NCBI RefSeq assembly: GCF_963921235.1
Contig: NC_086109.1
Coordinates: forward strand, 31,932,001 to 31,996,000
Direction of reading: 5' to 3'
DNA from: Mobula hypostoma
Taxonomy: Eukaryota
DNA: 64,000 bases
Position numbers and translations under genes: made by a program. Below, in pieces: positions 24,096 through 37,254 of the stretch (position 1 is its first letter; each line of letters starts with the position of its first letter). The notes beneath the pieces were generated by a model. The model was not told the origin of the DNA. It did not search any database and worked only from the letters and a program-made list of their open reading frames with translations.

Positions 24096-24959
24096 TCATT
24101 TTTTTTCTTCCTCTGGTATCTCTGGTTCTGTCCTCTTTTATTCTGTCTGTGCATTACGAACTATCCTCGTTATATTCAGAGCAATTCTTTCAACTTAGCC
24201 TTTCCAGGTACTGGAGCTCATAACTCCCACTGTGTTGATCACAGATTCACTGAAAGTATCCTTGTATTTCTCTGCACGTACCTACAGTACATTCTGGCAT
24301 TCTGACCTACAATATACTCTCATCCATTTCATATGGAACCTTAGAACTTAAGAAATAATTGTTGGCCATTCAGCGCATGATTTGATTTACTAATGAATAA
24401 GACATTTTAACTCAGCACCAATTTCCTGTATCAATTACAAGTACCCCAATTCCAACTTCATTGAAAAACTAAGTAATCCTTGCCTTGAATATATTCACAG
24501 CCTGCTTGGGCAGAAAATACAAAATAAATTACTTTTTTAGCAACCAAACTTCATTGCATCTCATTTCCTTATTTTGAGACCGTGACAGCTGGTTCCAGAC
24601 ATCCAGCCAGGCTTAAATTCATTGCCCAAACATCTTTGCCTCTTTATGTTGATGCCCTATTATAATACCTTCTTCAAAATCAAATCTTTAATACCACCCC
24701 TGACAGTGATTTGTGTTTGATTGCCCTCCTGTGATAGCACTCAGGATATTTTTCTAGGGAATAATATCATTGTATACTATTGATTGGAATACTGGGTCTA
24801 TTTCTGTAACCCAGACAGCTTGTTAGGCAGAAATGTGGCCATGAACCGAGTTCCTGGGCAGCAGAAGGTGCCTGCAGCCCGATAGTAGTTGGCAAATCAA
24901 TCCTTGGGGTCTAACATATACCGATATGTGTTGTAAAAAAGCTAGGTGTTCATAATTTC

Positions 24960-25260
24960 AGGAGAGCCTTTGTGGTTATCAGTTAAATAAACATTGAAAT
25001 AAAACTAGAGGAAAAGAACTTTAACAAAGATGAAAGTCTTGCTCTAAGTAAGAACTGGAATTTGATTGTAAACAAGGTTGGCAGCAGAATCCATATTGGA
25101 TGAGGACTAATCAATCAGGAGGGATGGCCAGTGGGGGTATAAATATCACCAGACTAGACATGCCCAGGCATAATCTCTGATGAAGATGGCAGAGTTTGTC
25201 ATCGAAAAATTGGTGAAAGTCAATACCTGTGCCCAGTAGGAAGTCTGTGAAGAGTTTATA
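24960..25260 (+). mobile_element. Second Penelope-like family: endonuclease C-terminus, TATA box and hammerhead-like motif
   Basis: IEIKLEEKNFNKDESLALSKNWNLIV (PLE-type EAIEI..NFN.D.G..LS..W); 'gggtataaata' ~25135; CTGATGA-stem-GAAA at 25177-25207. Confidence 0.65.
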
Positions 25261-25404
25261 AGTAAATAAGCTCCACTTAAGTCAAAGTTTTACAAACAGA
25301 GCAAGGTGTTCTCAATTTATTTGGGGTTGTATTACAATTCTAATCACAAAACTGCCTGGGTTGTAACCAAGGACACTTGATTTGTTTGACAAACTTATAC
25401 AATG

Positions 25405-25730
25405 ATGGAATCATACAATATGAAGCAGGTCATTCAGTCCATGATGTTCATGTCAATGCAATGCTCCCAACTACATAAAATTTTAATTAAACCCCTATTT
25501 TCTCCTCATATGCTCATCATCTTTCCTCAGATTCCAACACTCACCTACCTGAATATTCCTGGAGCAATGTACAGTGGCTAATTAACCCACCAACATGGAA
25601 GTCCTTGGGATGGGGAAGGAAAACAGAGCACCCAAAAGAGTACAACCCAGCCACAGGGAGAACCAACGAACTCCATGCACTTTACACACAAGGTCATTAG
25701 TGAATCTGACACTGGAGTTGCAGGGGAGAA
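25405..25730 (-). mobile_element. V-SINE / HE1-like SINE remnant
   Basis: 'ttgggatggggaaggaaaacagagcacccaaaag...cacagggagaaccaacgaactcc' is the reverse V-domain. Confidence 0.6.
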
Positions 25731-25789
25731 TTACCTTCCTAATTCAAATAAATGCTAACTTATGGATACAACTCACAGGAAATATTTTT

Positions 25790-28560
25790 AGAATCAGAGT
25801 CATTGAACACTAGGACATAGGAGCAGACCATTTGGCCCATCCAGTCTGTGCTGAACCATTAATCTGCCTACTTCCACCAATGTGCACCTGGGTCATAGCC
25901 ATCCATACCCCTCCCATCCATGAAAGTTCTCTTAAATATTGAAATTGACCCTGCATGCACCCACTTGTGCTGGCAGGTTGTTCCACATTCTCACCAGCCT
26001 CTGAAGAAGTTCACCCTCATGTTCCCCTTAAACATTTCACCTTTCTCCCTTAACCTATGACCTCTGGTTGTAGCCTTACCCAACTTCAGTGGAAAAATCC
26101 TGCTTGCATTTATCCTATCTACGCTTCTCATAATTTTGTATCCCTGCAACAAATCTCTTCCCAATCTTCTACAGTCCAGGGAATAAAATCCTAATTTATT
26201 CAGCCATTCCCTATACTGTAACTCAGCTCCTCAAGTCCCAGCAAAATCCTTGTAAATTTTCTCTGCACTTTTTCCAATCTTATTTACATCTTTTCTCGAG
26301 GTAAGTGACCAAAGCTGGTCACAATACAACAAATTAGGCCTCACCAATATCTTATACAATTTCAATGTAATATTCCAACTCCTGCATTCAGTACTTTGAT
26401 TTATAAATGATAATGCGTCAAAAGGTTTCTTTACGACCCTTTACTACCTGTGATACCATTTTCGAGGAGTTATGGATCTGTATTCCCAGATCCCTCTGTT
26501 CTACCACACTCCTCAGTGCCCTACAGCTCATCATGTAAAACCTGCCTTGGTTGGTCCTCCGAAAGTGCAACACCTCACACTTGATGCATTAAATTCCATC
26601 TGCCATTTTTCAGTCCATTTTTCCAACTGGTCCAGATCCCACTATAAACTTTGATAGTCTTTCTCGCTGTCCAATACATGCCCAATCTTGGTGTCATCTG
26701 CAAGATTGCCAATCCAGTTAACCACATTATCATATAGATGACAAACAATAACGGCAGCATGGATCCCTGCAGTACCTCACTAGTCACAGGCCTCCTGCAA
26801 CAGAGGCAACCATCTACTTGTCACCTGCCCTGTCTCATTCCCTAATAGGACATTTATCTCACTCTCTCGAGTTAAAAGTTCTATGTACTGATTAAGAAAA
26901 CTTTCTTGAAAACATTTGACAAACCCTTTCCCACCCAGCCCTTTTATAGTATGGGAGGCCCAGTCAATATTGGAAAGTTAAAATCACTTACTATCACAAC
27001 CTTAAATTTCTTGCAACAGTCTGAGATCTCTCTACAAAATTGCTCTTCTACTTGCCATTTCGTGGTATAAAATATCATCCCATTAACATGGTCATACCTT
27101 TCTTATTCCTCACTTCTACCAATGAGGCCTCATTAGACAAGCCCTCCGGGCTGCCCTAGATGAGCAGTGCCGTGATAATTTTCCCTTACTAGTAATGCCA
27201 CCACTTCCATTTTAATCCCTCCCACTCTATCACATCTAAAACAATGGGACCGCAGAACACTGAGCCTCACTAATGTCTACAATGTCATACTTTGATGTGC
27301 TGATCCCTGCCCTAAGCTCATCCACCTTCCTTACAATGTTCCCTACACTGAAATATACGCAGCTCAGAACATGAGTCCCACCATGCTCAACGTTCTGATT
27401 CCTGACCTTGTATGTAGGCTTAAGAACATCTTTCTATACAACCACTGTCGCTCTGGTTCCCAGTCCTCCGCAACTTTAGTTTAAATCACTCCCTCACTTC
27501 CACTCAACACTAGCAAACCTTCCTGCTAGGGTATTAGTCGCTTTCCATTTCAGGTGTATACTGTCCCTTCTGTACGGGTCCTACCTTCACTGGAAGAGAG
27601 GTCAATGATCGAAAAATCTGAAGCCCTCCTTTCTGCACCAACTCTTTAGCTACGTGATAAACTGGGTGATCTTCCTGGTTCTGGCCTCACTAGCACCTGG
27701 CATGGTTAGAAAGCCTGAGATCACAATCCTGGATGTCCTGTCCTTTAACTTAGCATCTAACTCCCTGAACTCAATTTGCAAGGCCCCATCACCCATCCTA
27801 CCTATGTCACTGTACTTTTGTGGAACACGACTTCCGGTTGATCGCCTTCCCACTTAAGAATTCTGTGGACTCGATCTGAGATGCCCCTAATCCTAAAACC
27901 CTGGAGGCATCAAACCATCCGGAAATCTTGTTCTCATCCACAGAACCTCCTTTCTGTTCCCCTAACCAATGAATCCACTATCACTACAGTTCACCTCTTC
28001 TCCCCACTTCCTTTCTGAACCACAATGCCAAAATCAGTGCTAGAGACCTCACTGTTCTGGCTTTCTTCTGCTGGGTCATCCTCTCCGACAGTATCCAAAG
28101 CAGTATGCCTGCTGTTCAGGGGAATGGCCACAGCAGTATTCTTCTCTGGCTGCCTATCCCCTTTCCCACTCCTGATAGTCACCTGTATGTCCTGTCTATC
28201 AACCGCTCAGCCTCCCGAATGACCTGGAGCTCATTCGGTTCCAGCTTCAGCTCCTTAACACACCTTATAAGAAGTTGTAACTGGAGGCACTTCCTGTAGG
28301 TTTAGTCATCAGGGACACAATGGAGGTCTCCCTGCCTTCCCACATCCCACAAGAGGAACAATCCAGTATCCTGTCTGACATCTCCACTGCTCTACGTGTG
28401 CATTAAGAAAGAAATGAAGAATAAATAATGAAAGAAAATCTTCCTACAGCCTTTGCCTCTCCTCACCAAAACCTCGATGAGCCAAAGCTTCAACTCCCCA
28501 CTCTAACACTGGCCCATTCATACAATGGCCGCTCCTAATTTCTTTTTATCTGGCCTTGCC
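25790..28560 (-). mobile_element. Older CR1 LINE with 5'UTR, ORF1 and EN retained but the central linker/RT N-half deleted
   Basis: Minus strand: ORF1 (IVISG...ASEARTRKITQ, TVGEDD), EN to 'LGNETGQV' ~26825, then a jump to 'VDGC..PVTSEVLQGS', ADDT-like region and 3' end. Confidence 0.8.
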
Positions 28561-28995
28561 AGGTGCCTAATTATGCACAATCCAATGTCTCCTTGGCAAC
28601 TGCGGTGCACAAAATATGCTGACTGCATCCGTTCGTTTCTTTTAAACTCTCTCTCCCTCTACACAACTCATTTACTCCTTTGTACAATAGTGCACAAAAT
28701 GCTGTCCTGTTTGTCCTTTTGAAAGCATCTATTAAAGAAACAAAATTGGCTGCAGCCCAACTGATAGCTACTGGATGCTAAGTGTGTGCCAATTTTTAAA
28801 TGTTCATCTGGTTATTTTATGTAACCACTTGGTTAAAGCATTTTGAATTAATGAACCATCCACAATGCTAAAGACACTTTAATATAATTCCGTAAATTCC
28901 ATGACATCAGGATTTCATCTCTTGTTAATATGAATTAATGCCATTTTTAACTATCTAGTATTCATTTGGCCAGGAACCATCTACAAATAAACTGT

Positions 28996-30290
28996 CGCCT
29001 ACCAGCCCCGACTAGGAGTTGAGGATGCCATCATCTACCTGCTGAACCGTGTCTACGCCCACCTGGACAAGCAAGCGAGCACTGTGAGGGTCATGTTTTT
29101 TTGACTTCTCCAGTGCGTTCAACACCATCCGCCCTGCTCTGCTGGGGGAGAAGCTGACAGCGATGCAGATGGATGCTTTCCTGGTATCATGGATTCTTGA
29201 TTACCTGACTGGCAGACCACAGTACATGTGCTTACAGCACTGCGTGTCGGACACAGTGATCAGCAGCACTGGGGCTCCACAGGGGACTGTCTTGTCTCCC
29301 TTTCTCTTCACCATTTACACCTCGGACTTCAACTACTGCACAGAGTCTTGTCATCTTCAGAAGTTTTCGGATGACTCTGCCATAGTTGGATGCATCAGCA
29401 AGGGAGATGAGGCTGAGTACAGGGCTATGGTAGGAAACTTTGTCACATGGTGTGAGCAGAATTATCTGCAGCTTAATGTGAAAAAGACTAAGGAGCTGGT
29501 GGTAGACCTGAGGAGAGCTAAGGTACTGGTGACCCCTGTTTCCATCCAGGGGGTCAGGGTGGACATGGTGGAGGATTACAAATACCTGGGGATACGAATT
29601 GACAATAAACTGGACTGGTCAAAGAACACTGAGGCTGTCTACAAGAGGGTCAGAGCTGTCTCTATTTCCTGAGGAGACTGAGGTCCTTTAACATCTGCCG
29701 GACGATGCTGATGATGTTCTACGAGTCTGTGGTGGCCAGTGCGATCATGTTTGCTGTTGTGTGCTGGAGCAGCAGGCTGAGGGTAGCAGACACCAACAGA
29801 ATCAACAAACTCATTCGTAAGGCCAATGATGTTGTGGGGATGGAACTGGACTCTCTCACGGTGGTGTCTGAAAGGAGGATGCTGTCCAAGTTGCATGCCA
29901 TCTTGGTCAATGTCTCCCATCCACTACATAATGTACTGGGTGGGCACAGGAGTACATTCAGCCAGAGACTCATTCCACCGAGATACAGCACAGAGCGTCA
30001 TAGAAAGTCATTCCTGCCTGTGGCCATCAAACTTTACAACTCCTCCCTTGGCGGGTCAGACACCCTGAGCCGATAGGCTGGTCCTGGACTTATTTTATAA
30101 TTTACTGGCATAATTTACATATTACTATTTAACTATTTATTACTATTTTATTACTATTTATTATTTCCATGACTATTACTATTTACTATATACTAATAGT
30201 AGTATTACTATTACTATTTATTATTTATGGTGCAACTGTAACAAAAACCAATTTTCCCCGGGATCAATCAAGTATGACTATGACTATGAC
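28996..30290 (+). mobile_element. Rex1/Babar LINE, 5'-truncated RT plus C-terminal domain
   Basis: AYQPRLGVEDAI, FDFSSAFNTI, GAPQGTVLSPFLF, KFSDDSAIVG, LNVKKTKELVVD; two frameshifts; (tatgac)n tail. Confidence 0.93.
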
Positions 30291-30561
30291 TAAGATTTCA
30301 GCTCAACTCATGTCCCCTCTTTGTAAGAATTAGAAATTTTGTTCTCTTGTAATCTTCCGTACCAGAACTCATGAACAAACGCATTCTAAAAATCCCTTCA
30401 CTGTGAACTAAACTGTCCACTTAAATATGGATGAAATATTTTGGTATTACATCCTTCTCTGCATTTCTTAATTTAACTTACATTAACTGTAGACCTGCCA
30501 ACAAAAGAAGAATGTTGGCCAAGTTTTATTGTGCATCTGAGACATGGTGAATATACCTCTC

Positions 30562-31170
30562 TAGAGGAAAGTGTAAAAGTCTTAGGCAAACATATACTGC
30601 TTGGGCGCGTCAGGCCTTTGCAGAGTACTGTATTTGTCAATGTGGTGTGGAGAGCGAGGTTGTAAATCTGGTGGGAGTAAAGGATGCAGGGAATGGTGAA
30701 GATGGAGTGCTGCAGGAGGGGTGTGGATCAGATGGCAGAGGAGTGCTAGGGACAGTAGTTTGGGGTGGTGTGGGTGCAGACACACCCAGCACTGAGACGT
30801 CAGGCGAGATCATTTGATTCTAAACAATTGGTTTATTGATCATTACATAATATCTCTCTGGTGCTACCTGCTCCCCCCTTCTCCTTTCCTCTTTTCCCAA
30901 CCATGACTCCCCTCTCCTTGCCCCCTTCCGCAGTAGAGACCCATATCAGAATCCAGTTTATCATCATTCACATATGTCATAAAATTTGTTTATTTGTGAC
31001 AGCAGTACAGTGCAATGCATAAAATTTAGGCACTTGAGCTAAATATACAGTGCGTGCCTAAGACTTTTGCACTTTACTGTAGAGCAATATATTCACCATG
31101 TCTCAGATACACAAATAAACTTGGTCAAAAATTCTTCTTTTGTGCCTAAGACTTTTGTACAGTACTGTAT
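30562..31170. mobile_element. Tc1-type MITE/composite with several 'cagtactgtgcaaaagtcttaggcac'-like TIR copies
   Basis: TIR-like copies ~30562-30588, ~30607-30631, ~31055-31081, 31142-31170; captured Rex1-type tail ~30945-31020. Confidence 0.7.
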
Positions 31171-31476
31171 ATGAATACAAAATTGTCCAATCTCAACAGT
31201 TTATTTTTATTTAGAAATATATCTTACAGTAATGAAACCATTGAAAAATACAGCCCGTATGTATTGAATTAATGAAGTTTCCAACACGTAAGATGTGAGA
31301 GGTTACTTTCTTTATTGAATTATGATGCAGGATATAATCAGAATCTAAAATATAACCAGAAATATAACTGACCAAATATGTGCTTCCTAACAGAAAGGGG
31401 TTTCATTTTATTTCAATTTTGCAGCAAAGTTTCAATCATTCCCTTAAACTATAGAAACACAGAAAAAATGACAGGA

Positions 31477-31766
31477 ACACACATCAAAGTTGCTGGTGAA
31501 CGCAGCAGGCCAGGCAGCATCTGTAGAAAGGGGTACAGTCGACGTTTCAGGCCGAGACCCTTCGTCAGGACTAACTGAAAGAAGAGCTAGTAAGAGATTT
31601 GAAAGTGGGAGGGGGAGGGGGAGATCCGGAATGATAGGAGAAGACAGGAGGGGGAGGGATGGAGCCAAGAGCTGGACAGTTGATTGGCAAAAGGGATATG
31701 AGAAGATCGCAACCTTGATGTGTGTTGCTTGAATTTCCAGCATCAGCAGAATTCCTCGTGTTTGCG
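31477..31766 (-). mobile_element. Short Penelope-like insertion with inverted pLTR arrangement
   Basis: Minus-oriented pLTR 31477-31710 plus short plus-oriented tail; 13-bp TSD aaaaatgacagga 31464-31476 / 31767-31779. Confidence 0.85.
31536..31573 (-). ncRNA. Minimal type I hammerhead ribozyme motif (Penelope-associated)
   Basis: Minus strand: UAGUC-CUGACGA-AGG(GUCUCGG)CCU-GAAAC-GUC-GACUG; all core positions present, helix I UAGUC/GACUG, palindromic ACGU helix III. Confidence 0.75.
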
Positions 31767-33413
31767 AAAAATGACAGGACCCATCTGTTCGTCAGGTGAC
31801 AATCAACTAGTTATTCATCCAGTATGGCAGATGGACCACACGTGAGTACAAAATGCATGAATACAAGACAGGTTTCCTCCACACTTGGGGAACAATTCAG
31901 GCATTTTGACGACAATGCAAAACAGGTGTCCATGCCTTGGCATGAAATTAGTATTGATTGAATTACACTCACAGGGAGCCATGTCTTGGTTTATCTTAGT
32001 GGTTCACAAAATGGCCAGCATTGCCCCCCCCCACCCTGTGTGCACTGGGAATTTCTAAGGGGGCAATAAAGATAAAGGGGGTAGTGGAGGGGGGCACTGT
32101 TTAGCAAGGGGGCAGCTCAGGGATTACAGGTTTAATTAAGAAATGGATTACTTATTATAAACATTTGATGTTCAGTGCCTCATAACAGAATACAATAAAA
32201 ACACATAATCACCTCATCTCTTGCTAACCCACCGTTCTCATAGACTTTACTCAAAGCATGTTATAGTTGTTGAAAAGCAATGTGACAATTCTGTATATGG
32301 AATATCATGAGAAATCTGGACAGAAGTAATTGTGTTTTTTCCGGGTCCAGCCACGCGTTATTGCCATTCACTACTGTAGTACAGAGTTTCTTAGTATGAT
32401 TCCCATACTCTAATCACGCAGTGATGTAATTCCTATGAACCGGCATATGGTGTAAAGTTGAAAATTTGCCATTTGGAATGATTTTGACCATATTTCTCAG
32501 GCAATGGTTTTGCCCGTGTCACAACCATGGATTCAGCAGTGCAGCAGATTGGGCAATTGCGTTTGTGAATATGCACGTGTCAGCTAATTATTATTTCATT
32601 GTGATGGTATTTAACTATAGTCATTCCATCATAGTATTTGTCAAGACTTGGACCAATGACACAGCAATGCTTTGCTGCCTGTATTCCACCTTGACTGAGA
32701 AAGTGGACTGTCGAGTCAACTGACTCTGGAGACTAACGGTATTCATTTTATTCTTAGATGTTCTTTTCAGCTACAGTGCAGGCTTTGTCTTCTATTTGAG
32801 AGTTTTAGCCAACAGCCCTGTTTGGCCTAGCGTTTATTGTTTTCTTTTTCCTTTTAACATTCTTCACATTAAAGTCTGTGAACTATTGACTTGCTTCAGT
32901 GTCTCTCACTCCACACGGGTCATATCCAAATCTGGTGACAGCCTGAGCTATGATGATGTCATAACTTTCACCTTTATTGATCGCAGTGCTTGAGGATGGA
33001 CTTAAGTAACAGGCAATTGATCATGGTCATTCATCAATAACAAAAATAGCAGAAGCAAACCAAACAAAAGAGGGGTGTAGATAGTATAGTGTAGAGTATC
33101 TGAAATATGGATTTATACCAGCACCAAGCAACCAACAGTATCCTTTTTGTGTAAAGTTTCTCTTCAAATCACATCATGAAACCATCCAGGCTCCTTGAAC
33201 ATTTGAAGAGAATACACTCTGATAAAGCAAACTAGGACGTGGCTTATTATCACTTTGTTAAAACTTTCAGAAATGGAGAACACTTCAAAACATGTTTGCC
33301 AGCATTTTACAAGAAAACAGTTAAGGCTCGCTTGCTTCATACGACATTTCATTGCTTATTGATAAAACTGGAAAGTCCTCTACAATTGGAAAAGAACTTT
33401 TTTGCCAGAAGTA

Positions 33414-34400
33414 TGTTTCCAGTAAGATGGCAGTACGTTCGATCGCAGCGATTTCTACAGGGTCAACAAAAAGTGCTGCTGTCCTATTTAAATATATTTT
33501 TAATGATCACAAGATCCTGCTGTACATTAAGTACTGCAGATCCACACCACCAGCGAGTTGCTCTCTGGCTGAGAAATTGCTCAGCATACTGCTGCCTGAG
33601 TCGATAGAGGCTTACAGTCTAATAGAGAGTGGCCATCTTGGTTGCTTTTCTTGTCATCGCAAGACCCTTTTGGACATTGTTAATGCAGTATGCTGCAAGT
33701 GTGATTCACTAATTTGTTGGTGGGGAGCAGGCACGATGGTGGAGGAGCTGTGTGGCCTTGGTCATAGTGGGAATAGGCCTCAAGGCACGGTGTTGCCTGT
33801 TTACAGACACCTGGAGAGAGGTGTTGAAGGTGGTGTGCTTCGCCAGGGGTGGCGTGGCATAGCATCTGGGCTGGAGTCGATGCCAACCACACCCTGCCCC
33901 CTAGTGTTCACTTGGCAGAAGGCAAGCTCTATTGTGGTTAACTGAAAATTTCAATGGACTGAAGGGTCTGGACTATATATATGTATATATTTTCCGTGGT
34001 TGTATTCTACTGATATCCTATATGTGCTTGTTATCTTGTATATGCGAGGACTAGGCCTCAAATTTTGTCTGTTTACAGCTGCCGGGAGGGAGGCTTTGGA
34101 GCCGTTGTGCTCCACCAGGGATGGTGTGGCATGAGACTCAGGGTGGACCCAGTTCACTTGGCAGAAAACAAGCTCTACTGTGGTCAACTGTAGATTGATG
34201 GCTCGAGTTTGGACTCATTTATTATGTGGCTCAGATACCAATATGTGGTTGCTATTTTGTACATGCTGTGTGTGCTTTGTGCTGCGTGTGCCTGTTGGTA
34301 CTGTGCTTTGCATGTTGGCCCCAGAGTAACGCTGACTCATTTGGCTGTATACATGAGTAATCATGTATGGTAGAAAGACAATTAAACTTGAATTGAATTG
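33414..34400 (+). mobile_element. ~1-kb non-coding retroposon with aagatggc 5' motif and (ttgaa)n Rex1-type tail
   Basis: Interrupts the transposase between 'LPEV' and 'EVL'; internal direct repeat ~33842-33945 / ~34115-34190; tail shared with 22425-23275. Confidence 0.7.
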
Positions 34401-35190
34401 AAGAGAGGTTCTGAGTAAGGTTCTGCAAATAATTAAAGTGAATCTGCTCAGCGCCAATGCTGTTCAAAGATGAATAAATGAAATGTCTGAGAATGTGGAA
34501 GACACATGGTGCAACATAAGTCAACATTGTCAGGCAACAAATCTTTGCCTCTTGGTTATTTTCACATAAAAGATGAAAACATGGTTCAAGAGCTGTTATT
34601 TGCAAGGGGATGAGAAATAGATATGAAGGGGCAGTCTATATTTTGGGTTGTTGAGCAATTTTTCAAAGAGGAGGACATTCCACTCACCAATAAGCTTGCT
34701 TGCATAACAAATGAGGCACCATCAATAACAGGATGAAACATCTCGTTGCTAAAAATCTAAGTGATCAGCTGCACAAATCAAAGATCATTATCACAGCAGT
34801 AAATAAAATCAAATCCCATGCTTTCAATTCTTGACTATTTCAAGAGCTTTGAATTGAAAAAATGAAGTAATGAATACTTGGACTCCTAATGTACACTCTA
34901 AAATTGTTGATGAAAATTGTTTTACTGTAATTAAATAAAGAAATAATTTCATTTGTAGCTTTAAATAGATTTGTAGCTTGCTGTTGCACACAAGTCCGAT
35001 GACTCTCAAAAGGAAACTGCCTGAGATGCTTTTATGTGCTTTTTGAAACTGTGAAAAAATTATTTGAAGCCTTGAATACTTCAATCAGTAATCAGCTCAA
35101 GAGTTGACTTTGATTATTTGTCAGAAATATTCACAAAGTTTAGTTAAATCAATCTTTATTTGCAAGAAAATGATGTGAATCTTACCCAAA

Positions 35191-35798
35191 TGGATTGAAC
35201 TGGACTGGTCAAAGAACACTGAGGCTGTCTACAAGGGTCAGAGCCGTCTCTATTTCCTGAGGAGACTGAGGTCCTTTAACATCTGCCAGACGATGCTGAG
35301 GATGTTCTATGGTGGCCAGTGCTATCATGTTTGCTGTTGTGTGCTGGGGCAGCAGGCTGAGGGTAGCAGACACCAACAGAATCAACAAACTCATTCCTAA
35401 GGCCAGCGATGTTGTGGGGATGGAACTGGACTCTCTCACGGTGGTGTCTGAAAAAAGGATGTTGCATGCCATCTTGGTCAATGTCTCCCATCCACTACAT
35501 AATGTACTGGGTGGACACAGGAGTACATTCAGCCAGAGACTCATTCCACCGAGATGCAGCACAGAGCATCATAGGAAGTCATTCCTGCCTGTGGCCATCA
35601 AACCTTACAACTCCTCCCTTGGAGGGTCAGACACCCTGAGCCAATATGCTGGTCCTGGACCTATTTCATAATTTACTGGCATAATTTGCATATTACTATT
35701 TAACTATTTATGGTTCTATTACTATTTATTACTTATGGTGCAACTGTAACAAAAACCAGTTTCCCCCGGGATCAATAAAGTATGACTATGACTATGAC
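35191..35798 (+). mobile_element. Rex1/Babar 3' fragment (same family as 28996-30290)
   Basis: Near-identical to 29608-30290; (tatgac)n tail. Confidence 0.92.
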
Positions 35799-37254
35799 AA
35801 ATAAAATCAGTTGTCTACACATTTCTGTCCAAGTTAGCAATAGCCATCACAATCTTTTCCAATTTCCCAGTCTCTCCAAATTGGAAGAGAGAGAAAAGAA
35901 TACCAGATGATAATGCTCAATTATACTGTGCCCACTGGGTGAGCTGCTTGAAGACTTCTCAGAGACGGTTCAAGATCTTCTCCTGATCCAGATTCCAGGT
36001 TGGATAACAGATCCATTTCTGACTACTGGTGATGAGGAACAGGAAGGATGGAGGAAAAACTGATCTCACACAAAATGACTTTGAGCTGAAGCCGAAGTTC
36101 AAACACATCATAAAGACTTTTGGTTCCAGAAAGAAATCTCTGATCACTATCCCGCACCGTGAAAAAAAAAGGTCAAGATGTTTTTTATTGCCTTGCCAAC
36201 ATCATAATGGAGCATGGACAGTGCAATTGCCCAACCTCTTTCAAAGCAGTGAAACAGACAGCAAACTCCTGAATATGGGGATCTGAGACTCCTTCTGTCA
36301 TGAGCCCTGTGGCTTGCCATAGGGCATTCGGGCTTCAAGGTTTCTGGAGCACCTGTATTTACTGATTGTTATAACCATTAAGCCCAGGTGCTTTTGGTTT
36401 AATCTTTTCCAGTTAATTGTGATCAGTGCATGTTTCCCAAATTCGATTTAAAGGGGGTCTCGTTGTGCTCTGTTAGCAGAGTCCTACAGTGTGTTGGAGA
36501 AGGATTTGTCTCGCAGTGTCGTTAGGTCATGCCTCTGATTCTCTGTTGGTACGCCTATGTCTAACTTCTTGTTTGCATCTTTTCTTGGGGATATTGCCAT
36601 TCCCTCGAACCTGGGCTGAGTCAGTGACAGTGGCCACCATGACAGAAAGAGTCAGCCTTTCCCCTGCACCTACGTCCCGTCCTGCCACCTCTTGCTGTGA
36701 CAGAGTCTGCTGTTCCCCTCTCCTGGGCTGGGTCGATGTCAGCGCTTACCATGACTGGGGCTGCTGTCACTGCAACTGGACTGAGTGACCACCATGACAG
36801 AGAGAGTCTACCATTCTTCGGCACATGGGAATCCACTCCTGTGAGTACACAACATGACAGAAGGACTCCCTCTGCTCCCTTTGGATCCAGCAGAAGTACT
36901 ACAGCAGCTTGGACATTGGTCAGCTGAGGGCGAGGATGCCTTCTCTACTCAGTTCATGTCCTGCAGGCTTCATTCTAAGCAGTTCCAGAAGGAGGCTTTG
37001 CTCCAGGGGGTTCCAGAAGGTTTCGTTCCAGAGGGGATACCCAAAGGCTTCATTCAGAGGGTTCTTGAAGGCTTCCTTCTGAGCTTCTCCAGTCTACGTT
37101 CAAGATCATTTCTGAGGTTCTTGGGTTATCAAGGTTTTCAAGGGCTCCCATGTAATGCTGTTTTTTCAGGTTATATGACATGTTTCCAAGTTGTATGCAG
37201 TACAAAGTTACCAGGCTATATACAATACAAAGTTCCTGAGCTGTACAGACACTG

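Noticed and set aside
33352..33945. 197-aa ORF as a novel gene
   Set aside because: It begins in the hAT transposase (KTGKSSTIGKEL) and reads through by chance into an inserted non-coding retroposon
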